In this document: one piece after another, positions 19,535-30,352 of the stretch
How positions within the stretch are numbered: the first letter of the stretch is position 1
How the letters are laid out: each line of letters starts with the position of its first letter
Assembly (NCBI GenBank): GCA_031285625.1
Contig: JAITVV010000056.1
Location: forward strand, 64,001 to 128,000
From: Prevotella sp.
GTDB lineage: Bacteria; Bacteroidota; Bacteroidia; Bacteroidales; Dysgonomonadaceae
DNA length: 64,000 nucleotides
Direction: 5' to 3'
Notes under the pieces: model-generated
The model's database searches: none
Told to the model about the DNA's origin: nothing
The model's input: only the letters and a program-made list of their open reading frames with translations
Made by a program: the position numbers and the translations under genes

Positions 19535-21486
19535 ATGAAAAAAATAAAGAGTTATATCTATTATGTATTATCAGTGCATATTCTGGCACTACTATTGATG
19601 TCTTTGCAGCGTATCATATTGCTACTTACAAATCTGCAACACATTGAAAACGTAGCAACAAAAGCAAACTGGATATTTTCAGCCCTGTTGCGCGGAGTAT
19701 GGTTTGATAACGTAATCGCATGCTATATATCAATACTACCATTAGTTGTTCTCTCGATCATAGGATTATTCAACAAAAGCAATAAAGTAATATTTACTAT
19801 ATTCAATGTATTCTATATAATTGTATATACTCTCGTTTTTGCTATCGGAGCGGCTGATATCCCATATTTCAAATATTTCTTCAAACATTTGAATGTTTCC
19901 ATCTTTAATTGGAACGAAGAAGGGGGAACTACAATTGAAATGATATTGGAAGAAACATCTTACTATGCTTATATGGCATTATTCGTTGTGTTTATATTCC
20001 TATTCGGATATTTAATTTTCAAGTTGAGTAAAAGATTACTACAAAAAAGCCAAGAAAACTTAAAGAAAAAGGAGTACTTAGCTTATCTGCCTGTTTGCCT
20101 TATCCTTATTGCGCTTTGCATATTCGGGATAAGAGGACGCTTTGGCTATAATCCGATCAGAACCAGCCAGGCATATTTTTGTGACAATTCTTTTCTCAAC
20201 CAGCTTGGAATAAACCCTTCATTCTATTTTATGAGGGATGTCATTGAATCTTCAAAGTCTCACTATAATGTAAATGACATTATTGCAGAAAAGGATGCAA
20301 TATCAATAGCTAGAAAAGCATTCGGACTGAATCCCGAGAATAAAGAGAAATCACCTCTTCAAAGGTATGTTGAAGCACAAGGAGAGACAAAAGACATGAA
20401 CGTAGTGGTTATCTCATGGAGTCAATGTCCTCAGACTTATTAAAAATAAAAGAGAATGGAAAAGAAATAACTCCATTTTTGAATCAACTCATCAATAAGT
20501 CATACTACTTTGATCATTTCTACTCAGCAGGAACCCATACCAATCATGGTATTCTAGCGTCTTTATACGGACTCCCGGCCTTGTTCGATAAAAACATGAT
20601 GAAGAATGTGAATATACCTCTATGTCAGGGATTACCTAATACATTGCAAGATCAGGGGTATAAGACCATGTTCTTTATGACTCATGAAGCCCAATATGAC
20701 AATATGAACGCATTCCTAATCGAAAATGGAATTGAAGAGATATATTCACAGGAAGACTATCCTAAAGAGATGCGAAGGAATAGTTTTGGTGTAGCTGATG
20801 ATTTCTTATTAAATTATGCTTTGGATAAATTCAATGAATCCACACAGACAACCCCATTTTTTGCCACTTTATTAACAGTAAGTAATCACCCCCCATATAT
20901 CGTTCCCGAAAAGTTCAAAGATAGAAGCAGTGATCCTCAATATCAAATTGTAGCTTTCGCTGATGATGCTATACGCCAATTCTTTGCCGAAGCTGAAAAA
21001 CAAACATGGTATAAAAACACAATATTCGTCCTATTGGGAGATCATGGGAAAATTGTAGGAACTCAGACATACGAAATGCCTCTCTCGTTAAATCATATCC
21101 CATTTATAATATATTCTCCTGCATTTGAAGATGCTCCTAAGACTTTTACAGAGTTAGGAGGGCAGGTTGATGTATTCCCTACTGTTATGGGATTATTGAA
21201 CCGGCCTTATGAAAACAATACGTTTGGAGAGGATCTCTTTAAAACAAAACGCCCCTATATATTTTTCTCTTCGGATAATGCCCTAGGCTGCATAGGCCCT
21301 CATTTTTTCTATTCATATAACTTTAAAGCTAAGATGGAAGGATTATATCAGTACAATAACAATAATCCTGAGAATTTCATTGCTCAGCACAGGCAAGAAG
21401 CAGACAGTATGCGCATATATTCTGCAGCCATGTTTCAAACAGCAAGTTATATGTTTCAGAATAATCTGAATAGAACAAATAATTAG
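19535..21486 (+). pseudogene. LTA-synthase/sulfatase-family membrane enzyme split by a 1-nt frameshift
   Basis: Two ORFs (5-TM domain; sulfatase domain with GTHT, SNH.PY, GDHG) join at ATC-TC-ATG (20411-20418); one added base restores NVVVILMES. Confidence 0.85.
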
Positions 21487-21600
21487 CTAAATTATTCAAA
21501 TCATAACCTCACATAACAAAACTTTTGGTCTATTTTTGTTGTTATAATAAGAATACATTTCGCAGGCATTTTTGTTAAAATATTATAAACTAATATCTTA

Positions 21601-21620
21601 AGGTGTAAATCAGACAAAAT
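21601..21620 (+). promoter_or_regulatory. Candidate NrtR-family operator
   Basis: TGT-AAATCAG-ACA (21604-21616) fits the GT-N7-AC core, upstream of the operon encoding an NrtR-like protein. Confidence 0.35.
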
Positions 21621-21717
21621 AATCAGAAATAATAATGTTGAAATGAAAATTATTTGTAATTTGGTGCTGAATTACATGGAACAGTTCACCCAGAACATTT
21701 TTACAGAGTGCTCTTTT

Positions 21718-22566
21718 ATGAAAAATTATTATAAAGGTATATTTATACTTTTGTCTTTCTTTTTATTAGCCTGTACATCAGAGAATAATGAAGCTCAACA
21801 ACAATTAGCTACAGCCAGGCTTGCATACAATAAGAAGGATTACACTTTAGCGAAACAACAACTTGACAGTTTAAAAATAAAATATCCCAAAGCATTTACT
21901 CAAATAAGAGAGGGACTTGCTTTATTAGACTCGGTCAGAAGAGGAGAAAACGAACAGATAATCACATCTTGCGATTCATTAATAATCCATTTTCAACCAC
22001 AGGTAGATCTGAAAAAAAAGCAATTTAGTTTTATACAAAACAAACAGTATCAAGAAACAGGAAGTTATATACCTAAAGAAAGTGTTACAAATTCTATTGA
22101 GGGAACAACGTTGAGATCCGGTGTTGAAGAAAACGGACAATTATATCTGGAAAGTGTATTTATTGGCGGTCAAAAACATAATAAACTAAAGATATCGACA
22201 AAAGACGGATCATTTGCTGAATCGATTCCGGTAAATGATGACGGATTAAACTACCGCTTTACGAATATGAACAAAACTTATGAAATAATACGTTTTGGAG
22301 GAGCCAAAGAGAATGGGTTGGCAAAATTTATATTCACAAATATAAACAAACCCTTAACTGCCTCTATAGAGGGACAGGGGAGATATACATATACCTTATC
22401 ACAGCCGGTAAAATCGGCTATAGCCAAATCTTATGAGTTATCAGTAATGATGTTACAGCTAGACAGTCTTAAAATGGCAAAAGAAAAAGCTGAATATCAT
22501 ATATATTATCTTGATAACAAGAAGAATGAAGTTACAACAGACACTACAAAACAAGAAAAACTTTAA
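21718..22566 (+). CDS. Conserved hypothetical lipoprotein
   Basis: Lipobox LLAC after ATG 21718; helical N-terminus. Confidence 0.8.
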   Translation: MKNYYKGIFILLSFFLLACTSENNEAQQQLATARLAYNKKDYTLAKQQLDSLKIKYPKAFTQIREGLALLDSVRRGENEQIITSCDSLIIHFQPQVDLKKKQFSFIQNKQYQETGSYIPKESVTNSIEGTTLRSGVEENGQLYLESVFIGGQKHNKLKISTKDGSFAESIPVNDDGLNYRFTNMNKTYEIIRFGGAKENGLAKFIFTNINKPLTASIEGQGRYTYTLSQPVKSAIAKSYELSVMMLQLDSLKMAKEKAEYHIYYLDNKKNEVTTDTTKQEKL

Positions 22567-22571
22567 AGTTC

Positions 22572-23312
22572 ATGGGAAAAGAAAAACTATCAACAGAAAC
22601 TCTTGAGCAGAACAAAGATATATTCATCCCAAATGTATCTGTTGATTGCACTATATTCGGATTTCACTCAGGATGTCTTAAAATACTATTATGTAAATTC
22701 AAAGTGAGTGATAAATGGATGATTCCGGGAGGTTTTATCTCAATGGATGAACTCCCTGACGAAGCTGCATCCCGTGTACTTATTGCAAGAACCGGATTGA
22801 ATGATATATATTTAAAGCAATTCTACTTCTTAGGTAAAAAACCGAATAATGAAGATATTATTGATAAAACGTCTTCACTCAATAGTTCTATCAGTCTTGC
22901 ATATTATGCTTTGATAAAATTTGAAGAGGCAAAAATCCAAGCAAACGAATACGAGAATATCGGATGGTTTGATATTAATGAAATACCGGATCTGTATCCT
23001 GCTCACAGAGAAATTGTAAATGTTGCAATTGAAACGATTCGCAAACAAATTGGTTTCGTCCCGATAGGATATGAATTGCTACCTGAGAAATTCACAATGC
23101 CTGAGTTGCGAAGTATTTACGAATCAATTTTAGGACGTGAACTAGACCGAAGAAACTTTCAACGCAAAATGCTATCAATAGGCTATATCAAGACTCTAAA
23201 TGAAACGCGGAAAGCAGGCGCTCACAAATCTCCCAATTTGTACACATTCGATAAAGAAAGATACAAAGAGGCTGAACAGCTGGGTATCCAGATAATGAGT
23301 AATAATCTGTAA
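22572..23312 (+). CDS. NrtR-family regulator (Nudix + wHTH)
   Basis: SVDCTIFGF, W.IPGGF, LLPEKFTMPEL..IYE.ILG..LDRRNFQRKM. Confidence 0.9.
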   Translation: MGKEKLSTETLEQNKDIFIPNVSVDCTIFGFHSGCLKILLCKFKVSDKWMIPGGFISMDELPDEAASRVLIARTGLNDIYLKQFYFLGKKPNNEDIIDKTSSLNSSISLAYYALIKFEEAKIQANEYENIGWFDINEIPDLYPAHREIVNVAIETIRKQIGFVPIGYELLPEKFTMPELRSIYESILGRELDRRNFQRKMLSIGYIKTLNETRKAGAHKSPNLYTFDKERYKEAEQLGIQIMSNNL

Positions 23313-23319
23313 CATACAA

Positions 23320-23365
23320 AAATAAAAAGAAAAGCTCCTGATTTCAGGAGCTTTTCTTTTTATTT
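23320..23365. terminator. Bidirectional terminator
   Basis: 22-bp perfect inverted repeat AAATAAAAAGAAAAGCTCCTGA / TCAGGAGCTTTTCTTTTTATTT. Confidence 0.88.
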
Positions 23366-23386
23366 AGACGACAGGGAAGTTTTCAA

Positions 23387-24061
23387 TTATCTTCCTTGTT
23401 GAGCATCTTGAATCATCTTTTCATTTGGTAGAATATAAATTTCTACACGACGATTCTGAGTTCTTCCCGAAGCTGTACTATTATCAGCAACCGGCTGAGT
23501 AGAACCAAATCCCTGAGATACCATACGGCTACCTGAAACTCCTTTAGTTTGAAGGAAGTTGTAAACAGATTGAGCACGTTTTTCAGACAATGGATTATTA
23601 ATAGCATCGTTACCTGTATTATCAGTATGTCCATATATCTGAATATCTGTATCAGGATTGCTGTTCAAAGAAGCTGCAAAGTTAGAAAGAGCACTTTGAG
23701 AAGCAGTACTTAATGTACTTGAATTTGTTGCAAACAATATTCCTGATTCGAAAGTAACTTTTATAGCTTGTCCATCATTAATTGATTCAACCTGAGCCCC
23801 ATTAATCTGCTCAAGTTCTTTCTTTTGCTTGTCCATTTTATTTCCGATGATAGCACCGGCAGAACCACCTACAACAGCACCAATACCTGCACCCCATGCA
23901 GCACCCTTACCTCCACCGATAATGGCTCCGATACCTGCACCTAAAGCACCTCCTGCACCAGCACCAATACCACCACCTTTTACAGTGTCGCTGGCACCAC
24001 AACTAGAAAATAATAAAGTACAGCTCAAAACAATAGCTGTCAAAAATGAAAAATGTTTCAT
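23387..24061 (-). CDS. OmpA-family lipoprotein with glycine zipper
   Basis: FSSC lipobox, GxxxG repeats, GHTD..G....N..LS..RA, NRRVE. Confidence 0.93.
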   Translation of the reverse strand: MKHFSFLTAIVLSCTLLFSSCGASDTVKGGGIGAGAGGALGAGIGAIIGGGKGAAWGAGIGAVVGGSAGAIIGNKMDKQKKELEQINGAQVESINDGQAIKVTFESGILFATNSSTLSTASQSALSNFAASLNSNPDTDIQIYGHTDNTGNDAINNPLSEKRAQSVYNFLQTKGVSGSRMVSQGFGSTQPVADNSTASGRTQNRRVEIYILPNEKMIQDAQQGR

Positions 24062-24101
24062 AATTAAAAATTTTAATTTAAATTATTAGTTTGTGATATT
24101 T

Positions 24102-24431
24102 TTATTCAAATATTCCTATTGATTCACAATAAGCAAGCTCACCCTGAATAATAAATGAAATATCTTCAGCTGAGAAGTTATTGATTTTATCTTTTTTTGT
24201 ATTGTTCAGAACATAGGACACAATTTCATCTTCGTCAATATCGACTAAGACCTCTCCTTCTGAATCATCATCCATAAACCCTTTTTCCTCATAAAATTCG
24301 TATACAATATCAATGATGTAATTGATTTCATCATTCGAATATTTTCCTTTTACGTCTTGTGGCAAGTAGTTTTGAATATACTTTACAGCATCATCCTCAT
24401 CATACTGTATAAGATCTTTTTCATTACTCAT
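24102..24431 (-). CDS. Acidic conserved hypothetical protein
   Basis: YDEDDAVKYIQNYLPQ...GEL.YCESIG. Confidence 0.75.
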   Translation of the reverse strand: MSNEKDLIQYDEDDAVKYIQNYLPQDVKGKYSNDEINYIIDIVYEFYEEKGFMDDDSEGEVLVDIDEDEIVSYVLNNTKKDKINNFSAEDISFIIQGELAYCESIGIFE

Positions 24432-24616
24432 AGTGTCTGTATTTAGAATATTGTATAGTTTTATAACAATGAAATAACTCCGATGTTCAAAATTATTAAA
24501 TGTTTTTGCAGTTCATATCTCTTATTCTATCAGTTTGGTTGTTAAGTAAGACTGCTTAAACAAAAAAAGGTTTAATAATTAAGAAAAGATTCCTAATCTT
24601 AACTTAAATACTAAGT

Positions 24617-25279
24617 TTATTTTTTCTTTAGTATTAAAAATGCTAAAACAATAAGAGGCAAAATCATAATTCCTATATATAGTGCATTACTTTTCAGCAA
24701 ATCGAATGGAGTATATATAAGAGCGACAACAATACCCACAACAGCTCCTCCCATATGCGCATCATGACCGATATTGCCCACACTTTTCAACATTCCATAG
24801 ATAGAAAAGGCCAGGTACCCCACCCCAAATATCCATCCGGGAATATCTATCGGAATAAAAAAGAAGCGAAGAGGCATCTCCGGAAAAACCGCAATGGCTG
24901 CAAATAATATACCTACAACACCCCCCGATGCACCAATCGCGCTATAATAGTATTCTTTACGATGGATAAACAGGGATAAAAGTCCTCCTCCAGCTATTGA
25001 GAAAAAGTATATTACCAGATAAATCCATATGCCAAAAGCATATATAATTACATCCGAAAAGAAATACAATGTCATCATATTAAACAACAAGTGCATGTAG
25101 TCTCCATGAAGTGTAGCAGAAGTCAGCAACCTGTCCCACTGTTTAGACTTTCCCAAAATAGCTCCCACATTAAATTTATACCTATCAAAGAAAGCCATAT
25201 CATTGAACCCTTTGATACTGGTTATAACCGTAAGAACTATAATAATAAGAGGAATAATACTATCTAAATCAAAATTCAT
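24617..25279 (-). CDS. Rhomboid intramembrane serine protease
   Basis: H...HLLFNM, GASG, HDAHMGGA. Confidence 0.93.
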   Translation of the reverse strand: MNFDLDSIIPLIIIVLTVITSIKGFNDMAFFDRYKFNVGAILGKSKQWDRLLTSATLHGDYMHLLFNMMTLYFFSDVIIYAFGIWIYLVIYFFSIAGGGLLSLFIHRKEYYYSAIGASGGVVGILFAAIAVFPEMPLRFFFIPIDIPGWIFGVGYLAFSIYGMLKSVGNIGHDAHMGGAVVGIVVALIYTPFDLLKSNALYIGIMILPLIVLAFLILKKK

Positions 25280-25447
25280 AAATTACTATTTTAAATTAGG
25301 ACAAGCAAAGGTATAAAAAAGAGAATATGTGAAGATGATTTTCAAATTATATTTCTCTATCTGCGTCCTTTACATTTCGTATAATTGTGATAATATGAAT
25401 ATTTTCATGTAAATTTGGGTCGGTTAATCATTTAGAATAGCAGACAC

Positions 25448-26869
25448 ATGAAATCTATATTTATCCATTTATTACTCACTATTTGTTGTTTACCCACTGT
25501 CTTTTCACAGACATTGCCGGAGGCAAAAGAACTTTATCTGCAAGGTAAATATAAAGAAGCTCTCCCTACATTTGAAGCAGAGTATAATGCTAAACCAGAT
25601 GATGCTAACCTGAACCAATGGTATGGTGCATGCTTATTCGAAACAGGAGGAAACCTTCAGAAAGCAGAAGAATGCTTACTTGTAGCCTCTAAAAAACGAA
25701 TACAAGACTCATTCCTCTATCTGGGTCGGCTATACACAAATGAATATAGATTTACAGAAGCAACCGAGGCATTTAGCAAGTATGAAGCTATGCTGAAAAA
25801 AAAGGACGATGCAGCCAGAGAAAAACTTGAAGAAAAACGTCAGGTAATGTCACGCCTTCGTCGTATGGTATCCAATACCGAAGATATTCAGATCATCGAT
25901 AGTCTGATCATCGATAAATCAAAATTTCTTTCGGCATACAAGCTAAGCCTTAGTTCCGGTCGCCTTGATTATTTCGATAAAATCTTTATTTCCGATAAAA
26001 ATATTGATGCTACTGTATATACCAATGAAAAAGAAACTAAGATGTACTATGCCAGACCTGACAATGATATTCTTAGCTTATATTCTAAAGAGAAACTACT
26101 GGACGAATTTGGCAACGAAAAGAAACTGTCAACGACAAACTTTGGGTTATCAGGGAACGTAAATTATCCATATATGATGGCTGACGGGGTAACGATTTAC
26201 TTTGCCGCAGAAGATGAAAATTCTCTTGGTGGATACGATCTTTTTGTGTCGCGGTACAATATGAATAATGATACATACCTTAGTCCCGAACGTCTAAACA
26301 TGCCATTCAATTCGTTATATAACGACTATATGATGGCTGTAGATGAAGAAAAAGGGATCGGGTGGTTTGCTACTGACAGATACTTGCCCGAAGGGATGGT
26401 TTGTATATATACTTTTATCCCAAATAAAGTGGTAAAAATAGTAGAAAGCGAGGACGAAAATTACCTGGCTAACAGAGCACACATATCATCTATCAAAGAT
26501 TCGTGGAGTGCGGATAAGAACTATTCCAACCTTGTTACTCTGGCACGTAAAGAAGCTGTAAAAAAGGTGGAGGTAGTGCATGACTTTGAATTTGTTATCA
26601 ACGATAGTAAAACCTATTACACAATGGCAGATTTCAAAAATCCTGCTGCAAGAAATATTTTCAGTAAGCTTCTTCAATTAAAAACAGAGCAAAAGGATCT
26701 CTCAGATAAACTGGAGAAAAAACGCGTAGAGTATAGTACAAACTCCGAAGATGGAAAACGCAGAATAGCTTCAGATATTTTCAGTATGGAAGAAAGACTG
26801 GAGCAACTTCAATCTGAAATTCCGATGATGGAAATGCAAGTAAGGAGTCAGGAATTAGGAAATTCCTAA
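25448..26869 (+). CDS. TPR-containing exported protein with PD40-like region
   Basis: Signal peptide, TPR-like helices, YP.MMADG.TIYFA...LGGYDLFVSR. Confidence 0.8.
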   Translation: MKSIFIHLLLTICCLPTVFSQTLPEAKELYLQGKYKEALPTFEAEYNAKPDDANLNQWYGACLFETGGNLQKAEECLLVASKKRIQDSFLYLGRLYTNEYRFTEATEAFSKYEAMLKKKDDAAREKLEEKRQVMSRLRRMVSNTEDIQIIDSLIIDKSKFLSAYKLSLSSGRLDYFDKIFISDKNIDATVYTNEKETKMYYARPDNDILSLYSKEKLLDEFGNEKKLSTTNFGLSGNVNYPYMMADGVTIYFAAEDENSLGGYDLFVSRYNMNNDTYLSPERLNMPFNSLYNDYMMAVDEEKGIGWFATDRYLPEGMVCIYTFIPNKVVKIVESEDENYLANRAHISSIKDSWSADKNYSNLVTLARKEAVKKVEVVHDFEFVINDSKTYYTMADFKNPAARNIFSKLLQLKTEQKDLSDKLEKKRVEYSTNSEDGKRRIASDIFSMEERLEQLQSEIPMMEMQVRSQELGNS

Positions 26870-26874
26870 TATTC

Positions 26875-28284
26875 CTATTTTTTTAGTATTCCTCTCTTAG
26901 ATATAAGTAATGATATACCAACACCAATAACTGCAAAACCCAGCAACAGGAATGGCATATACCAGATAATAAAATCGATCTGAGGATGCCAGAATGAATG
27001 CTCTTTAAATATAACATACCAGGATAGAGGACATATAGCAGATATTATTGTACTAGCCAAAAGCGCAATATATTTCCGATCATCTAATCTTCGGCCTATG
27101 AAGAAAACAAGCACGCTAAAGAAAAGAATTATACCAATAAGCACGGCAAACCAAAACTCAAAGCCCAAACTTACAAAGCCCCATTCAAATGCATTTCCCC
27201 TCAGGTAATCTTTAATTACATTATTCCATAGAAAAGACAAAGAGTCTGAGTCAGCAAAACGTTCACTATCTAAATCGGCACCAGACAGGCCGCTTTTGAA
27301 GGAAGACCTTCTCAAAAAGGCATTCGAAATATATTGGAATGCAGAATCATAGTTACCCAGTAAATATCTAAGCTGAATAATAAGAGTACCGAATTGAATA
27401 ATAATAGCAATCCCTGCCACCAAACCGGCATTAAAGCATAACTTTATAAAATTCAGAACTTTCCATTTCTCTAAGATGGCATAATAGATAATAGGGATAA
27501 ATATAGTCAACATCGCCGTTGATATAAATTCAAGTCCCGAGAAGAAAAGTTTGATCAATACTGAAATAAATAACCACACTAAGATTTTTTTTCCGGATAC
27601 TTTATCAGGCAAGCAATGTCTTTTTTCGAGAAGCAATAACATCGTCAAAAATGGAGCAAAGAAATTCCACAATGCCCACCAAAGCCCGTTACCTCCAAAA
27701 AGCACCAGCCAGGAAGAAAAGAAGGTAAAAAGGAATGTTATTAATGCTGCGATAAAACCTAAGTTTCGATACACCCATCCTATAAATAACATGAAGCATA
27801 AGGAAAGTAGTATACAATTTATAAATCTAAGTATTTGGTAATTTGTACTATTATCGAATGGAAGTACTTTTTGTATAGCATACCAGAATAAGGCATTTCC
27901 CCCTGAGTGACTTACATATACACAATAATCATCAGGAGTTTTTTGTTCCTGTGTATAATATTTAATTTGTTCAAACTTAAACTGGGTAATAATATGATCA
28001 CGCACAAGTAAGTCACTTATCTGATCTCCTTGCAATACACTGTCAACAACTTGCGACCTATCATAATTTACTCCGGTAAAACCAGAGGCGGCAAAGATTC
28101 CATCTTTCTGAGCTTTTGCCATTTTACCGACAACTAAAGCCTCTACAAAGGTTTCATATTCCTGATATCTGTTTTCAGGAATAATTTTAAATATGTTGAA
28201 ATAAAAGCTGAGAAGCAAAAAGGTGAAACAAATTATATAAAATATAGACTGTTTCTTTTTTAACCAGTTAAGAGTAGTGTTCAT
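26875..28284 (-). CDS. Polytopic membrane protein, possible GT-C-like glycosylation enzyme
   Basis: About 10 TM segments with a large first loop, KEHSFWHP motif; 4 nt downstream of the GT-like genes; start moved to ATG 28284. Confidence 0.6.
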   Translation of the reverse strand: MNTTLNWLKKKQSIFYIICFTFLLLSFYFNIFKIIPENRYQEYETFVEALVVGKMAKAQKDGIFAASGFTGVNYDRSQVVDSVLQGDQISDLLVRDHIITQFKFEQIKYYTQEQKTPDDYCVYVSHSGGNALFWYAIQKVLPFDNSTNYQILRFINCILLSLCFMLFIGWVYRNLGFIAALITFLFTFFSSWLVLFGGNGLWWALWNFFAPFLTMLLLLEKRHCLPDKVSGKKILVWLFISVLIKLFFSGLEFISTAMLTIFIPIIYYAILEKWKVLNFIKLCFNAGLVAGIAIIIQFGTLIIQLRYLLGNYDSAFQYISNAFLRRSSFKSGLSGADLDSERFADSDSLSFLWNNVIKDYLRGNAFEWGFVSLGFEFWFAVLIGIILFFSVLVFFIGRRLDDRKYIALLASTIISAICPLSWYVIFKEHSFWHPQIDFIIWYMPFLLLGFAVIGVGISLLISKRGILKK

Positions 28285-28288
28285 AAAA

Positions 28289-29149
28289 TTAGAATAAGTC
28301 TTTGAAGAAATATTTAAACTTCCACCATGCACCATATAGTTTTCGTAGTTGGAAGCGTCGATTGTAATGTCTCATGCTTTTATAATAAACATCACGGCGG
28401 GCCTGTATAGGATATTTATCTATTATCGACCAATCCATCACTCCACCAAGGGGTATAAGCTCGTTAGTCGATACAGCCTCTATTTTGTATTCTTTTGCCA
28501 GCATCGAATAAATGCTTTGATCGTGCCTGTTTTCGGTGAAGCCTTCCAAGTTGGGACTTTTTGAAGGCTCATCTGTTATCAGGCTAAAGTTATCGTTAAT
28601 AACATTTACCCATTTATCAACAAAAGCCATTGATATTGGACTCTTTTTAAGGAATATAACTGTTGCTTCATATTGGGTGGTTTGCGTAACATCTTTATTG
28701 TCTCTAACGCCAAAATAATCGAATATATCTCCTTTTGTCCACTCATATTCAAATCGTAATCCTTCCGGCATACCATTGTAGTTTTTCTCAAAGCTCCTGA
28801 AACCGAGCATTCCCGAAGGACTTTTTTCTACGATATCATAATATTCAGCCAGACGTTCTTTTCCGTCCGGATTCAGATAACATCCTACATCAGTATATAG
28901 TAGTATGTCCCCATCCTCCATGCTATCAAGTGTTTTTTTAATCAAAGGTGGTTTCCAACACCAATAACCATATCCTTTTGAATACGGATACATATATCGT
29001 CCCCATTTTTTACGGAATTCCTTACTCAGATCTTTCTCCGTATATGTATATATTCTATCAAATACACCCATCGCCTCTGCATTTTTTACATACTGAGGAA
29101 ATCCGGGAGATAATAGTGTATTACCAAATGTGCATAATACTTTCTTCAT
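28289..29149 (-). CDS. Putative GT-A-like glycosyltransferase, paralog 2
   Basis: GYWCWKP, LYTDVGC, ENRHDQSIYS. Confidence 0.65.
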   Translation of the reverse strand: MKKVLCTFGNTLLSPGFPQYVKNAEAMGVFDRIYTYTEKDLSKEFRKKWGRYMYPYSKGYGYWCWKPPLIKKTLDSMEDGDILLYTDVGCYLNPDGKERLAEYYDIVEKSPSGMLGFRSFEKNYNGMPEGLRFEYEWTKGDIFDYFGVRDNKDVTQTTQYEATVIFLKKSPISMAFVDKWVNVINDNFSLITDEPSKSPNLEGFTENRHDQSIYSMLAKEYKIEAVSTNELIPLGGVMDWSIIDKYPIQARRDVYYKSMRHYNRRFQLRKLYGAWWKFKYFFKDLF

Positions 29150-29152
29150 ATA

Positions 29153-30001
29153 TTAGAACCTATCTTTAAACCAATATTTGATCTTCCATATCCTACGATA
29201 AAGTTTCCGCAGTCTGAAACGGTGCTTATAATGATATTTACTTGTATAATATTTATCCCTGCGAGCCTGTATCGGATAATTGTCAAGCAAAGCCCAATCA
29301 CGTTGAAATATCTCATTTGTAGAAATCTCTGCAATACCGTATTTCTTTCCTAATATTGAGTATATACTTTGGTCATGTCGGTTTTCTTTAAACCCAGGTA
29401 AATTAGGCACTCGGGATGGTGAATCAGTAGCAAGACTATAATCATCCAGATAAGCCTGATACCAGTCTTTTACAAACTGCATAACAGTCTCGCTTTTCTT
29501 AAAGAAAATGATAGTTGATTCGAACTGTGGAGTGTGAGTATAGGCTTTGTTATCATAAACGCCATAATACACAAAGACATCACCTTTTGTCCACTCATAT
29601 TCATAATAAAGCGTTTCCGGCATACCATTATAACTGACCTCCTGGCTTTTCACACCTAAGATTCCAGTAGGAGTTTTTTCTACCATATCATAATATTCCA
29701 ATAAGCGTTCTTTCCCTTTAGGGTTCAAATAACATCCTATATCAGAATACAATAAAACATCACCATCGTTCATTCTTTCTAATATTTTGAGAATGAAATA
29801 TGGTTTCCAACACCAGTAACCAAAACCTCTGGAATAAGGAATAAGATATCGTCCCCATCTTTTATAGAAATCAGCATCAAGATCTTTTTCGCAGACTGTA
29901 TGTATATCGTCGAAAATATTCATACTCTCAGCCATGCTTCTAAAGCGGGGAAAGCCTTCTGTTAAGTAATAACTACCAAAAGTACAGATTGCTCTTTTCA
30001 T
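29153..30001 (-). CDS. Putative GT-A-like glycosyltransferase, paralog 1
   Basis: GYWCWKP, LYSDIGC, ENRHDQSIYS; TACTTTTG box at 30027-30034 (-). Confidence 0.65.
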   Translation of the reverse strand: MKRAICTFGSYYLTEGFPRFRSMAESMNIFDDIHTVCEKDLDADFYKRWGRYLIPYSRGFGYWCWKPYFILKILERMNDGDVLLYSDIGCYLNPKGKERLLEYYDMVEKTPTGILGVKSQEVSYNGMPETLYYEYEWTKGDVFVYYGVYDNKAYTHTPQFESTIIFFKKSETVMQFVKDWYQAYLDDYSLATDSPSRVPNLPGFKENRHDQSIYSILGKKYGIAEISTNEIFQRDWALLDNYPIQARRDKYYTSKYHYKHRFRLRKLYRRIWKIKYWFKDRF

Positions 30002-30352
30002 TAAGTATTGCGTTATTTATAGACTACAAAAGTAGCGTATTTCCCAGAGACCTGAAAGTAAAGCTATAAATATTTGTTAGTCAACCGGATAAATTACAAA
30101 AGGCAAATAAAGAGACGTCCAAACAATTATCTAAAACACAAAGAATTAAGATCAACTTATCAGATTTAGTCCTATTATTATAGCTTGATAAGTTTTTTCT
30201 ATAATCTATTTTATCATTACAGATATTCATTTCATACAGCAAACATGGCATTTGATACATATCAAAAAAGAAACCATACCTTATCCCAAGAAAACTTATA
30301 TATTTGTATATTAGTGCAATTTATTCCTAAATCGCAGCAAAAATACACAATT

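Noticed and set aside
23850-23980. GCACC-rich repeats
   Set aside because: They encode the OmpA glycine zipper; no constant repeat-spacer structure, so not CRISPR.
30154-30195. AACTTATCA...TGATAAGTT inverted repeat (similar CTTATCA/TGATAAG at 55791-55828)
   Set aside because: Short AT-rich arms with different spacers and no recombinase nearby; insufficient for an invertible promoter or operator call.
30185-30352. N-terminal extension of the A2M ORF
   Set aside because: The lipoprotein signal begins at ATG 30353; the upstream part is intergenic.
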